DNA of 64,000 nt from Phaeosaccion multiseriatum (GCA_965112735.1 OZ218951.1:3348001-3412000), one strand, 5' to 3'; shown: positions 29,761 through 41,500, counted from the stretch's first letter. The notes: generated from the sequence alone by a model not told the origin. Program-made: numbers and translations.

Positions 29761-30032
29761 AATAGATGGCGGGAGATGTTGCTCCAAGTCAGTGAAATCA
29801 AATCCAGGGGGGTGCGTAATAAAAGGGCTCGAAGCCTTGTTTTGGTTGGCGTTTATGCTGACCCTTTTTCATGCTTTGCGAGCGACCTTTCTCGCTCGGG
29901 CGGAGCGATATTCTTTGACCAGCGTGAGCACCTACTACTAGCTAGCTAGCTAGAGATCATTGTTTAGCTCAGCAGTACACGCTGGCAGGCACTTGCCTCT
30001 AGCCTGACTCCAGCCACCATCACGGCGGGGTC

Positions 30033-30156
30033 GGATGCTGCCCCGAGACCCCTCCGCGGCTCGCACCATAACATTGTTTGGCCTGCAGCGGTTTTTTTCG
30101 CTGAAGGTCAAACAATGTTATCGTGCGAGCGGCGGAGGGGTCTCGGGGCAGCATCC
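30033..30156. ncRNA. Long near-perfect hairpin, candidate pre-miRNA/hairpin RNA
   Basis: Arms 30033-30090 and 30099-30156 (58 bp each) are reverse complements with 4 non-Watson-Crick positions and no indels. Loop is GTTTTTTT. Intergenic. Confidence 0.5.
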
Positions 30157-30757
30157 TGCGGCAGGTGGGGCACGTCCACTGCTTCTTGCCCCCCACACTG
30201 GGATTGTAGGCGCCACACGCACGGGGGGGTGCAGGCCTCACTCGGCTCGCACAGTGTGAGTGAGCAGGACGGAGAAGACATGGCCTGAGCGAGTCGAGGC
30301 GAGCAAGGCAGTCAGCAGGTCAGGTTCCATGCCACTTGGTTGTGTGGAACACACCCCTCAGACACCCACCCACCGTTTTCAGGCGCTGCCGGAAGAGCCC
30401 TAAAGGAGAGAGCGTTCATGTCTTTCCCCATGGTCATGGGCAGACCGGACTTCTGACGCCCCCTTCGACTCGACCATGCTTGCGCGCGTACGGGGGGCAG
30501 AACAAAGTGGCTCGCAATTCTCAATTCTCGACGATGAATCTTAAAAGTCGCGATGGTGTGGAGCGCCCTGGCCTTGTCTGCTTCCGCAATATGCTGCACA
30601 GCTTGTCAGCCGTACCGTGAAGGCGGGGCTGTGCCGCTCCCCTCCTTGACGCTCCTCTCATCTCAGTCCTGCTGCCAAGAGTACACCAGACCTTACTCTA
30701 CGCTACTCCTCTCCCCTCCGCCCTCTCTCCTCCCCTCCCCTCCCCTCTCCTCCTGCT

Positions 30758-31675
30758 TCACTCCTCGTCCCCTATCCCCAGCTCCTCCTTGGCAGCGAGG
30801 TGCTCCTTGGCCACAAGCAGACACGTCATGGCATCGTGCAGCTCGTGCAAGTAGCGCGAGTGGAGCACGCCCTTCTCGTACAGACAAAGCGCCTCCTCCA
30901 CCTTGCCCTCCTGTATGCGCAACTGACCAAGGTCCACGTAGGCTGGAGGGAGGGGAGGGGAGGGGAGGGGCGAAAGGGGTGACACAACAGATCAACAAAC
31001 GCAATTAAGCCTGTGAGTGAATGTGAATGGTCCTTCCTCTGCTTGTCTTCCCTGCCAACCCACCTAGTCCTCCTCCTCCTCCTCCCCCCCCCCCCCCCCA
31101 TCCACTGCCATCCTCTCTCCCCACCAACGCACCTCCTGGACAGTGAGGATCCACCTCCAGTGCCCTGACGAGGGGAGCACTGGCGGAGGAGAGGTCGTTC
31201 AGAGACATGTAGGCCCGAGCTGTGAGTAGAGATCAGAGATGGAGTGATGCAGCACCACAAAAGAGGGAGGGAGGGAGGGAGGGAAAGAGAGGGAGTGAGA
31301 AGGAGAGAGGGACAATTATGTGTGAGAAGGAGAGGGCGACAGAGGAGGGGGAGAAAAGCAGATTTCGAGCAATGCAACAGAGGGTTGGAGAAAGAGAGGC
31401 ACACAGAGAAAGGGGGAAAGAGATGGAGAGAGAGCAGAGAGAGGGAGCCAGAGGAGAGCGACAGAACAACAAAGAGGAGGGGTCAGAGAGTACGTGCCTG
31501 CAAGTCAGTCCGAGAGAAGTGAGAGAGCAACACACATCCCCTTCCCATACAGCGCAAGGAGAGGGGGGGGGGGGTGACGCGATGTCCGCATGAAATGATC
31601 GCTCACCTTTGTCTCCATCCGGACCAGGCAGAGGAGATGCTCCCTCTCCCCCGGGGGGCGTGTACCAAGCCCCTG
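30758..31675 (-). pseudogene. Orphan C-terminal TPR exons, Tom70-like (5'-truncated gene or 3' part of a chimeric unit)
   Basis: Exons 31219-31133 and 30942-30758 splice in phase to give ARAYMSLNDLSSASAPLVRALEVDPHCPG|AYVDLGQLRIQEGKVEEALCLYEKGVLHSRYLHELHDAMTCLLVAKEHLAAKEELG, resembling the last TPRs of Tom70. There is an upstream donor at 31606 but no further TPR exons before the FNIP gene. Confidence 0.55.
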
Positions 31676-32062
31676 CAGACGCACCGTAGCGGGAGAGGGA
31701 GGAGGAGCGGGAGGGTGGAGTCTCGGGTATCGGGCATCGAGGCCGCGAGTCCTGCCCTTGGCCCAAGCAGTGCCGCCGCTGAACATGAGGCTGGGGCTGC
31801 GCGTCGGAAGGGTCGCCGGTGCTGCTGGCGCTGGGCTTTCTTTTGCTGCTGCTGAGATCCCCTCCGCTGAAGGGGGTCGAAGCTCTGCCCTCCACTCATC
31901 ATGCCCCCCTCCTGCTCTCGTCGTTCGTGGTCCTCCTCCTCCGTCTGCTGCCATCGGCCCTGCCTCCTCCGATTCGAGAAGAGAATGCAGGCGAACCTCC
32001 CACTCAGTCGTGCTAAGATCCGGACCCTCTAACCCTCCAATTCTGTTGAATAACGTCATCCC

Positions 32063-33895
32063 TTACCAGCGAATCACCTTTAGCCCCTTGGGTAGATCTG
32101 CAGGCAGCGGGCAGTTGGTCCCAACCCAAAGCACCCTAAGGCCAGCAGGCAGGCCCTCCATAGGGCAGGTGGAACGCGGTCCCAGCTTGAGCGTCTGCAA
32201 AGAAGCAGGCAGCTCCAAAGGGAGGTTAAAGTCACGCCCCATCCTCACCTCCTCCACACCACAAGGAAGGACCATGTGCTGATTGAAGTCAGATTCCTCC
32301 TCAAACTTGATCTTCTTCAGCGAGGCAGGCAGCTCCAGAGGGAGGTTAAAGGCAGCCCCCATCTCCACCTCCTCCACACCACAAGGAAGGACCAACTCTT
32401 GATTGAATGCCCCGCCGAATTTGATCTTCTTCAGAGAGGCAGGCAGCTCCAGAGGGAGGTTAAAGGCATCCCCCATCTCCACCTCCTCCACACCACAAGG
32501 AAGGACCATGTGCTGATTGAAGTCAGATTCCTCCTCAAACTTGATCTTCTTCAGCGAGGCAGGCAGTTTCAGAGGGAGGTTAAAGTCATACCCCATCTCC
32601 ACCTCCTCCACACCACAAGGAAGGACCAACTCTTGATTGAATGCCCCGCCGAATTTGATCTTCTTCAGAGAGGCAGGCAGCTCCAGAGGGAGGTTAAGGT
32701 CATACCCCATCTCCACCTCCTCCACACCACAAGGAAGGACCAACTCTTGATTGAATGCCCCGCCGAATTTGATCTTCTTCAGAGAGGCAGGCAGCTCCAG
32801 AGGGAGGTTAAAGGCAGCCCCCATCTCCACCTCCTCCACACCACAAGGAAGAACAACTTGCTGATTGAAGTTGCTGCCAAATTCGATCTTCTTCAGAGAG
32901 GCAGGCAGTTCCAGAGGGAGGTTGAAGGAATACCCCATCTGCACCTCCTCCACACCACAAGGAAGGACCAACTGTTGATTGAACCGTTGATTGAACACCC
33001 AACCAAATCTGATTTTCTTCAGCGAGGCAGGCAGATCAAGAGGGAGGTTAAAGCGCCACCCCATCTCCACCTCCTCCACACCACAAGGAAGGACCACGTG
33101 CTGATTGAAGCAAGTGCCGAATTTGATCTTCTTCAGCCGGGCAGGCAGTTCCAGAGGGAGGTTAAAGAAATACCCCATCTCCACCTCCTCCACACCACAA
33201 GGAAGGACCAACTGCTGATTGAAGTGAGATTCCTCATGAAACTTGATCTTCTTAAGGGAGGCAGGGAGATCAATATGTTTGTTAAATTTCCGCCCGAGCT
33301 CCACTTCCACAACTGTGCCAGGAAGACATACGTCGGCCTGATTGAAAGACTCAGAGAAGCGCACAAGCCTGACCGATGCTGGCAGCAGCGCGAGTGCCTT
33401 CCCTACGAGAGCCTCATCAGCAGAAACCTTGGCGTCGTCATCTTTGTACGTGCTGAGGCCGAGCTCCACAGACACCACGCGAAACAAGCCCCCCTCACCA
33501 GGAGATCCAGCCTCGTTGCGCTGCCCCTTCCCACGTCGCTCCTGCTGCTGCTGCGCTTCCTGCTTCGCCCGAATCCTCCCCGATCTTCGCGCTCCCTCCG
33601 CAGGACGTCTTTCCTCACAGCCAGTAGATGGAGCAGCAGAGCCAGTACGCATAGTCGCGGGGGGGCAAGCCAAAGCAGCGCTGCTCCCCTCCTCTTCCTG
33701 CTGTCGCTTCAGCAGACTCAGTATGCGCTGCTGGACATGCTGGGGCATTTCGGCGTTGATCCTCAGAGTGCGGGCGGTGACCTCATCGACCTCCTTGCAC
33801 ACCCCCCACAGAGCTTTGGCAGAGATGAGGCTGGCCACAGTTCTTAGAGCCGCTGTCCCTGCCCCAGGCGTAGCATCTCCTGTCTCTCCACTCAT
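32063..33895 (-). CDS. Intronless FNIP-repeat (LRR-like) protein, 610 aa, with a possible degenerate N-terminal F-box
   Basis: Nine double units FNQxxVLPCGVEEVxMGxxFNLPLxLPAxLKKIxF plus degenerate flanking units. N-terminal ALRTVASLISAKALWGVCKEV is weakly F-box-like. Confidence 0.85.
   Translation of the reverse strand: MSGETGDATPGAGTAALRTVASLISAKALWGVCKEVDEVTARTLRINAEMPQHVQQRILSLLKRQQEEEGSSAALACPPATMRTGSAAPSTGCEERRPAEGARRSGRIRAKQEAQQQQERRGKGQRNEAGSPGEGGLFRVVSVELGLSTYKDDDAKVSADEALVGKALALLPASVRLVRFSESFNQADVCLPGTVVEVELGRKFNKHIDLPASLKKIKFHEESHFNQQLVLPCGVEEVEMGYFFNLPLELPARLKKIKFGTCFNQHVVLPCGVEEVEMGWRFNLPLDLPASLKKIRFGWVFNQRFNQQLVLPCGVEEVQMGYSFNLPLELPASLKKIEFGSNFNQQVVLPCGVEEVEMGAAFNLPLELPASLKKIKFGGAFNQELVLPCGVEEVEMGYDLNLPLELPASLKKIKFGGAFNQELVLPCGVEEVEMGYDFNLPLKLPASLKKIKFEEESDFNQHMVLPCGVEEVEMGDAFNLPLELPASLKKIKFGGAFNQELVLPCGVEEVEMGAAFNLPLELPASLKKIKFEEESDFNQHMVLPCGVEEVRMGRDFNLPLELPASLQTLKLGPRSTCPMEGLPAGLRVLWVGTNCPLPADLPKGLKVIRW
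32190..33310 (-). repeat. Coding tandem repeat, 114/120/126-bp period
   Basis: The GGAGGTT anchor recurs at about 32221, 32341, 32455, 32575, 32689, 32803, 32917, 33043 and 33157. Confidence 0.95.
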
Positions 33896-34302
33896 TTCTC
33901 CCTCCTCGACCTTCCCCCGGCGAATCTCTTCTTTCTGTCCTGGGGCTTGGGGATTGCCCTTCTCCGTCCTCTGCCACCACTTCTACTACTTCCTCTTCTC
34001 TCTTGGGTCTCTCGCTGCCCTGCAGCTGCCCGCAAGGTCGGCTCCGCCTGACCTCCGCCCTGCCTGCCTCTCGTCGCTCTGATCCCAAATGCGATCTGGT
34101 CACAGTTGTCAACGAAGAACCAATTGCCACCTGTAAGGATCGGGCGGACAAACAAACACACAAACAACAAGAACAACAACCCCCTCCCCTTTCATCGCGC
34201 AGGCTGGGAAGCAGCGCCATCCGCGGAGAGAACCACTCTGGAAGAGCAAAGTAGCAGGGTAGGGATCGAGCCAAGAGTGGTTGAATCACTTGCTGCTTCG
34301 CC

Positions 34303-37300
34303 ATGGAGAACTTGACGACTCGTCCGTACCCAGAATGTTATTCTCATTTGGCAGGTGTAGAAGGAGGGGTGGTGACAGCAGCAGCAGCAGTGGTAGGCAT
34401 GGGAATGGGGGAGATTGGAGGAGGGGAGGCAGCAGTAGCAGCAGTATCAACAATAGGAGCTGCAGACGTGTACCGAAAGGCAGTGAAGGCGGTGCTGGAT
34501 GACCGGTGGCGCGGAGCCGTGCTCATGACCGGGCTGGCTATTCTGCTGTTGGGGGTGGCGTTGGGAGTTTGGCTGGGGCTGTGGCTGGGGGAGAAGAGGA
34601 GAGAGCTCAGGGGGAGACCATGGAAGCACGGCCTGATGGAGGAGCTCAAACTCGGATTTCTTAAGGCGGTGCTGCTGCTGCGGAACGGAAACGTGGGGGG
34701 GGGGAAGAGGTACGCTACCCAACGAGATGAAGACACATCAAAATCTCTGACGTACTTCTCGTGGCTCTTTGCTTATATTCCCCCCTTCTTTCGCAGTGGA
34801 ATTAGTTCGCCTATTGAGACGATTGTGTGTGTGTGATTACCGCGCCTACTCATTTCCCTCTCCCCACCCCGCCCTCACTGCGTCGCGTTTCCTCCTTCCT
34901 TTCAAGTCCCCTTGTTTTTGTACAGCCGGACTGCAGGGAGGCTTACAACGACTGGCGGACAACGGGGGAGGGAGGGGAGGACTCACAAGAAGAGGAGCGC
35001 TTTGAGTACCCGCACGGCACCAAGCAGAGCAGACCCCACACGCTCGTCCACAGAGCAAAAGGCATGCACTCTGTGGTGGGGGAGGGAGACAGGGGACAAG
35101 AGGGGCAGCTCGGGGAGGGGGGGAGACGGAGGAGGAGCGGAAGGGCCGACTGGAGGTGGCGAGAGTGAGGGAGGGGAAGGTGCCGCGCCACATTGCCGTG
35201 ATTATGGATGGAAACAGGCGCTATGGGGTTTCAGAGCATGGCGACGCACTCAAGGTGTGTGTGAGAGAGAGAGAGTATAGCGCAGCTCTGTGCTTACTGA
35301 GAGAGAAAGAGAGGAGAGGGGGGGGGGGTTGGAGAGAGATGGGATATAGAGAAAGAGGGAGGCAAGAGAGAGAGAGTGATGGAGGGAGACAGAGAAACGA
35401 CGGAGGGAGGGATTGAGAGACAAGATTCGTGTGTGCGCCTTCCCTTCACAAAGACAGATAACATCCTTCCTCGCTGCTCTCCTACCTACCCTTCCCTTCC
35501 TGCTCCCCTGCCTTCTTGCCCCTCTGCTCCATACGCCTCCATCCAACCGCCCACTCGCAGGGGCACTCCGCGGGGGGCAAGACGCTTGGCAGCTTCGTGG
35601 AGTGGTGTCTTGAGCTTGGAGTGGACGTGTTGTCTGTGTATGCCTTCTCTACGGAGAACTGGAGCAGGGACCCGGCAGAGGTGGTGAGTGAGTGAGTGAG
35701 TGACTTGGGAGGGAAGGGCCTCACTTACTTGTGTGTGTGTGTGTGTGTATAGGAGGGAGACAGAGGCAGACCGAGTGAGGGGGGTGGGCTGAGAGTGTGG
35801 AGAGAGCAGGCAGCGCAGAGGGAGAACGATGAGATGGGGTAAGGGTTGTTGGCTTGGGGTCTCTTCCGCAGCTGTCTCGCACTGACTGCTGTTCTTTTTC
35901 CTGTCCGCTCCTCCTCCCCCCCCCATGGCCTCTGCCCCCTCTCTCCCCCTCCCCATCTCCTCTCTTCATCGTGTCCCTCGGTGCCCCCCCTCTCCCCCCC
36001 CACTTTGTCTCTTCACCTTGTCCCTCGGTGCCCACTATGCCGCTCTTGTGCTCACATTTCTCTTGTCCGTCCCTCCTTTGTCGTCGTGGCACACCCTCGG
36101 TAATGACACCATCTGGTAAATAATTGAAACGGCAATGGTAACTAACGGTAACGGCAACCATTGGTATTTGTAACGGCAGGATATGCTGATGGAAGTGTTG
36201 TGCAAGCACTGCTCAGAGTACAAGGAGGAGGCGAGGGAGAGGAACGTTCGCATCCGAGTGGCCGTGTCCGACTACCAGAGGGTGAGCGATGGAGGGAGTG
36301 AGGGAACTAAGGGGAGGGAGGGAGGGAGTGAGGGACGGAGGGACGGAGGGAAGGAGGGAGGGAGGGAGGGAGGGAGGGAGGGACGGGGGTCGTGTCAACG
36401 AAAAGGAAGGAAGGAACCCTTGTTGGGGCGGGGATATAAGGGGGGTATTTTTCTATCTTTGTTACGGGTGGAGACATGTTCGTCCGCTAACACGAGTGTC
36501 GGGGGGATAGAAGGGGAATTGCATTGACTTACAGGAATGGACCTATGACTCACGTATCTTACATGTTGGTATGCGAACACACACACACTCACACTCACTC
36601 AAGTGTCACGGCCCCACCCGCACTCCTATGGTGCTGCTTCTGCCTATCTACTGCTCATCTGCTGCCTTCCGCCCCCCCCCCCCCCAAACCAATCACCACC
36701 ACCACCGCCACCACCACCACTATCGTCACCACCATGAACAGCTCCCTGCCAAGGTGATGAAGGCGTGTGAGGCCGCGCAAGAAGCAACGCGGCACTGCAC
36801 GGGCATCTTGCTCAACATCTGCCTGAGCTACGGGGCGAGGCAGGAGATCGCAGGGGCGTGCCAGGCCATCTGTGAACAGGTATCGTATGTGTATTGTATG
36901 TTGAGGCGTATGGCAGCAAGAAGGGCTGCGGGAGTGATGGCATTCAATTGGAGGAGGGAGGGTGGGAGAGAGGGAGAGGGAGGGAGGGAGGGAGGGCTGG
37001 CCGGTAATCTTCAGTTTTTAGTTTCAGTTTATGTGACCTTATCAACATTGAGCACCGTAGTAAGTCAGATGCCGATGCTGTGTAGGCTCCATCTGGAACT
37101 GAAACCGACTGTACCCATATCACCAACAGGTGCAGCAAGGCTCTCTTGCCGTGTCCAGCATCGACAGCGAGGTCCTTGCTCGGCACTTGCTCAGTGCGGC
37201 GCTGCCCGACCCCGACCTGCTTATTCGCACCTCTGGAGAGACCCGACTCAGTAACTTCCTCCTCTACCAGGTAAGGAGTACGTAAATCTTAGTTAAGAGT

Positions 37301-37506
37301 ACGTAAGTCTTATTTAAGGTGGATCAAAGGGGGGGGGGGGAGGCTTCCTTCGCAGACAGACACAGAGCATAGGGAGGATGTGAGGAAGGGAAGTCGGACG
37401 GGTCGTTGGCGGAAGGTTGAGGCATGGAATCGAACGACCCACCTAACCTACTGCCTGTTCCTTAAGGGCCCCCTTGGCATGCGTACACACACACTTACAC
37501 TTACAC

Positions 37507-37566
<60 letters not shown>

Positions 37567-37694
37567 GCCTCCATTCACAGATGGCGTACACGGAGCTCTT
37601 CTTCGAGCCCAAGCTGTGGCCCGAGCTGACCAAGCTGGACCTCTGCCGCATCATCACAGAGTACCAAGGGAGGCACCGCCGCTTCGGACGCTGA
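34303..37694 (+). CDS. cis-prenyltransferase (UPPS/DHDDS family) with an N-terminal TM helix; apparent 1-nt frameshift in a G run at about 35117-35123; start uncertain
   Basis: [77 protein letters not shown]|[26 protein letters not shown]. Confidence 0.93.
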
Positions 37695-38447
37695 GAGAAA
37701 GGGGCTTTGGGGGGGGAGGGCGGGGGGGGATGGCAGTGAATGGGAAGAGGGAGGGGAGGATGGCAGTGGATGGGAAGAGGGAGGGGGGCTTCTCGCTCTC
37801 GTGCTACCCCAGATGGTGCGGGGGTTTGTGGAGTGGAGGCTCACTAAGAGGTCCCTGGAGAGAGGGGTATGTGTGGGGGGAAGGAGGGGCAGAAAGGGCA
37901 GGAGGGGAGAGAGGGATGGAGGGAGGGAGGGAGGGAGGGAGGGTAGGCCGAGTACCCTGCACACACATGCGCGGGGGAGAGAAAGAAGCAAAGGGAGGGG
38001 AGAGGGGAGGGAGAGGGGAGGCCACTGCAGCGCGGCAAGTGGTAGTCGCTGTGCTTGTTATGGTTATGGCTGTGGCTGTGACTGTGGGCAGCAAGTGGGA
38101 TGGATTTACAACCACAAAGCAGCGAATACGAAGGTTTTCTCCGGAGAGTTTTACTCGTGTTAAATCTTGCCTGTGGGGCAATTTTCTTGTGATTCAAGGC
38201 CAACAATCAAGTACGACGAAGCCTTGCCCTCTCGGGGGCGTGGGGGCGTTGGTCATATACGTGGACAGTCAACCGACAGCTAACGGACAGTCGACACAAG
38301 TCTGCTCTGCTCTCTCATGCCGAAGACCAGCGCAGAGCTCCTCCTCTCCTCTGCCTGGCACACCCTCCCATACCCATAAACAAGAACATCGAATCGGAAT
38401 AGAATGGAATCAGAATGGTCGACCCAAACATAAGTCTATGACTGATG

Positions 38448-38498
<51 letters not shown>

Positions 38499-38552
38499 TG
38501 TCCTCCCTCACCCCCCGTCTCACTCCAGCCGCTTTCATCACACCCATCAAAG

Positions 38553-41500
38553 TCACATTACATCCAAGTCGTCCAACTGTTCCACCTGCTTCCCCACCTT
38601 TCCCCCGCCTCCCACCCCCACGGCAGTCAAAAGGCCCGTCGCATCCTCCTCCTCCTCCTCCTCCTCCTCCTTGTTAACCTTCCCCTCCTTCCCTTCGATG
38701 TCCAGCCCCTTCCCTACTCTCTTGTCCTCCATACCCATCCCCAGGCTGCCCTCCACCCCCTCCCCCTCTCCTTTGTAGTCCAACCCCGATCCGAACTCCC
38801 ACGCATCCAACATGCGCCTGGTCTTGAACTGGTCCCTCTTGCTCGTCCTGTCTATTCCTGCCAGCACGGGCTTCCTCGCTATGCGGTGCAGGAGGGTGTA
38901 CCATCCCATGCTCAGAAAGTGGCCCGTCCACTGCAGCAACGGTGCTACGTACGTAGACATTAGAGAACAATAGAACATTCGGGGACAAGAGGGTAGAGGG
39001 GGTAGAGGGGGTAGAGAAGGAGGAGGGTTCGATAGAGAGGATAGGGAAGGAGAGGGGGTAGAGAAAGAGGATGGTTAGACAAAGGAGGACGGGCGGACGG
39101 AAGGACGGACGAGGGAGGGGAGGGGACGCGCGGCAACAGAGGGTTTGGCGGATGAATTCCTTCGGTGTGTGCGTGGAGCGGGGGAAGCCACTCACGTCCA
39201 GCCCACCCACCCACGCCCTGTCCTGGCACCCATCCCCCTGTCCTGACACTCTTCACTCCTCCCCACTTACTCACCAATGCCCACGTGCTTGATGAGGGGT
39301 GGGATGGAGAGCGGGTCGTCCAGCATGACCCCAATGAGTATCCTCAGCAAGGGGCCGAACTGCACCACGTCTTGCAAGAAGGGCTTGAGCGTGGACAGAC
39401 CGAGACGCTCCATGCTCGCAAAGTTGTTGGCGAGCAGGTCTACGATAAGGTTCTAGAGAAGGGAGGGGGAGGGAGGAGGAGGAGGAGGAGGAGGAGGAGG
39501 CGGAGGAGGAGGAGGAGGAGGAGGAGGAAGAGGAGGAGAGGAGGATGAGGAGGAGGAGGAGGAAGAGGAGGAGGAGGAGGAGGAGGAGGAGGAGGAGGAG
39601 GAGGAGGAGGAGGAGGAGGAGGAGGAGGAGGAGGAGAAGAAGGAGGGAGAGGGGAAGGGAGAGGAGGAGTAGAAGGACGGAGAGTGATAAGTCAGGGGAA
39701 AGACAGAAACAATAGATGGATGCTTGTCACAGTGCATATCCATGCGCCCCTCCCTCTATGCCCTTTCCTGTCCTGTATGCCCATATGCCCGAGTATAGCT
39801 CCCACCACCACGTATGTATGTAATTTATAAGTTGATTCCTGTGCGTCAATAAAGGTCTCACACTCTCTGCCTATGCTCTATGCTCTATGCTCAGCTTGCC
39901 TTGCTTGCATGTCTCTCTCCCCTCGTTGTCATTGTCCTTGCTGCACCTCTCACCTTGTTCACCTTCTCCCCCACACCCACACTCATTGACTTCTGAAACA
40001 TCCACCTGGGGAAGGGCAGAGGAGAGGACAGGAGGGGAAGGGAAAAGGAAGGGGAGGGAGGCGGGTGAGGGGAGCCGGTGGGGTGGGGAGGGGCGTCGAC
40101 GGCAGCAGCGTTTGGGTTCCGAGGAGGAGGTCTGCTTGACTTGTGCTTGACAAGAACCCTTCGTTGACTTACGTGCTGGACAAGGCGGGGATGTAGAAGT
40201 TGATCTGCCTGAGGCTTTGTTTGTCCAACAGATCGTCTCTCAGCGCCTCTTCCATCGCCGCCCTCAGACGGGGCAAGTGCCGAGTCAGACAGGCAAAGCC
40301 TCCGAAGCTCAGGGGGCTTTGCATGCCGGAGGCGTCTCCGATTTGGCATATGCGATCAAAGGAGGTCTGCAGGGGGGAAGCCTTGTACGTTGGGAAGAAG
40401 CCAAAGAGCACGCGGAGGAATTGAAGGTCTTCAATGGACTTGCCCTGGTAGATGGGGAGGAGGTCCCAGTAGTCTTGAGGAGGGGATGGGAGGGAGGGGA
40501 GGGAGGGGAGGGAGGGGAGGGGGAGTCAGGTGGGGAGAGGAGAGAAAGCATACGCGTACACACATACACACACACACAGAGAGAGAGGAGAGAGAGAGGT
40601 AGAGGTAGAGGCAGAGGGACAAAGGAGCCCTTCCTCTTCCCTGCCTCTTCCCTTCTTCCCTTCCTCTCTAGTCAGAAGAGGGCAGGAGGCAACAGCCTCT
40701 CTGGTCCGCTCTAGCCCCCTCTACTCATGAGCAGGAAAGGAGCGCCCTTTCCCCTTACCACTTGCCCCCTCCCCCTTCCTTACCACTCACCCCCTCCCCA
40801 TTCCTTACCACTCACCCCCTCCCCCTTCCTTACCACTTGCCCCCTCCCCCTTCCTTACCACTTGCCCCCTCCCCCTTCCTTACCACTTGCCCCCTCCCCC
40901 TTCCTTACCACTTGCCCCCTCCCCCTTCCTTACCACTTGCCCCCTCCCCCTTCCTTACCACTCACCCCCTCCCCATTCCTTACCACTCACCCCCTCCCCC
41001 TTCCTTACCTTCCATCATGGCGGAGAGACTCCTCCTCTCCTTGGCGGCGTCCATGTACGCAAACATGTACGTGGTCCTGTCCAAGGGGCCACTCCCCGCA
41101 GGGAAGGCCTCCCAAAAGTACTGCACACCCGTCTCCGTCGTCTCGCTCGACTCTCCAGCCCCGGCCCTGTCCTCTCGAGCCTCCTTCTCTCCAGAGGCCT
41201 CCTTTCCATCGCTGCTGCTGCTGCTGCTGCTGTCGCTCCCCCCTGCCCGGCCGAACTGGATGGGCGAGTTGGCGTAAATAATGTCTCCAGACTGGTTGGT
41301 GGTACAGTACAGACATCACAAATGACATGGGCAGTACAGGAAGCATTGTGATGTTTGGATGAGAGCGAAGTAGAGAGACAAAGTGCAGGCATATGAGGCA
41401 GACAGGCAGACAGGCAGGCAGGCAGGCAGGCAAGCAGGCAGGCAGGTAGGCAGGCAGGCAGGCAGGCAGGAAGGCAGGAGAAAGCCGTGTGAGTGTTCCA

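Noticed and set aside
30312-30620. Short overlapping ORFs (94-95 aa) beside the hairpin
   Set aside because: No recognisable motif or convincing splice structure.
32190-33310. Bona fide diversity-generating retroelement
   Set aside because: No reverse transcriptase or template repeat in the window, and several B-site codons (tgg gtg, ggg gca) do not fit NNY. Kept only as a testable hypothesis.
32276-33847. 523-aa ORF on + strand antisense to the FNIP gene
   Set aside because: Shadow of a stop-free tandem repeat; the recognisable fold is on the - strand.
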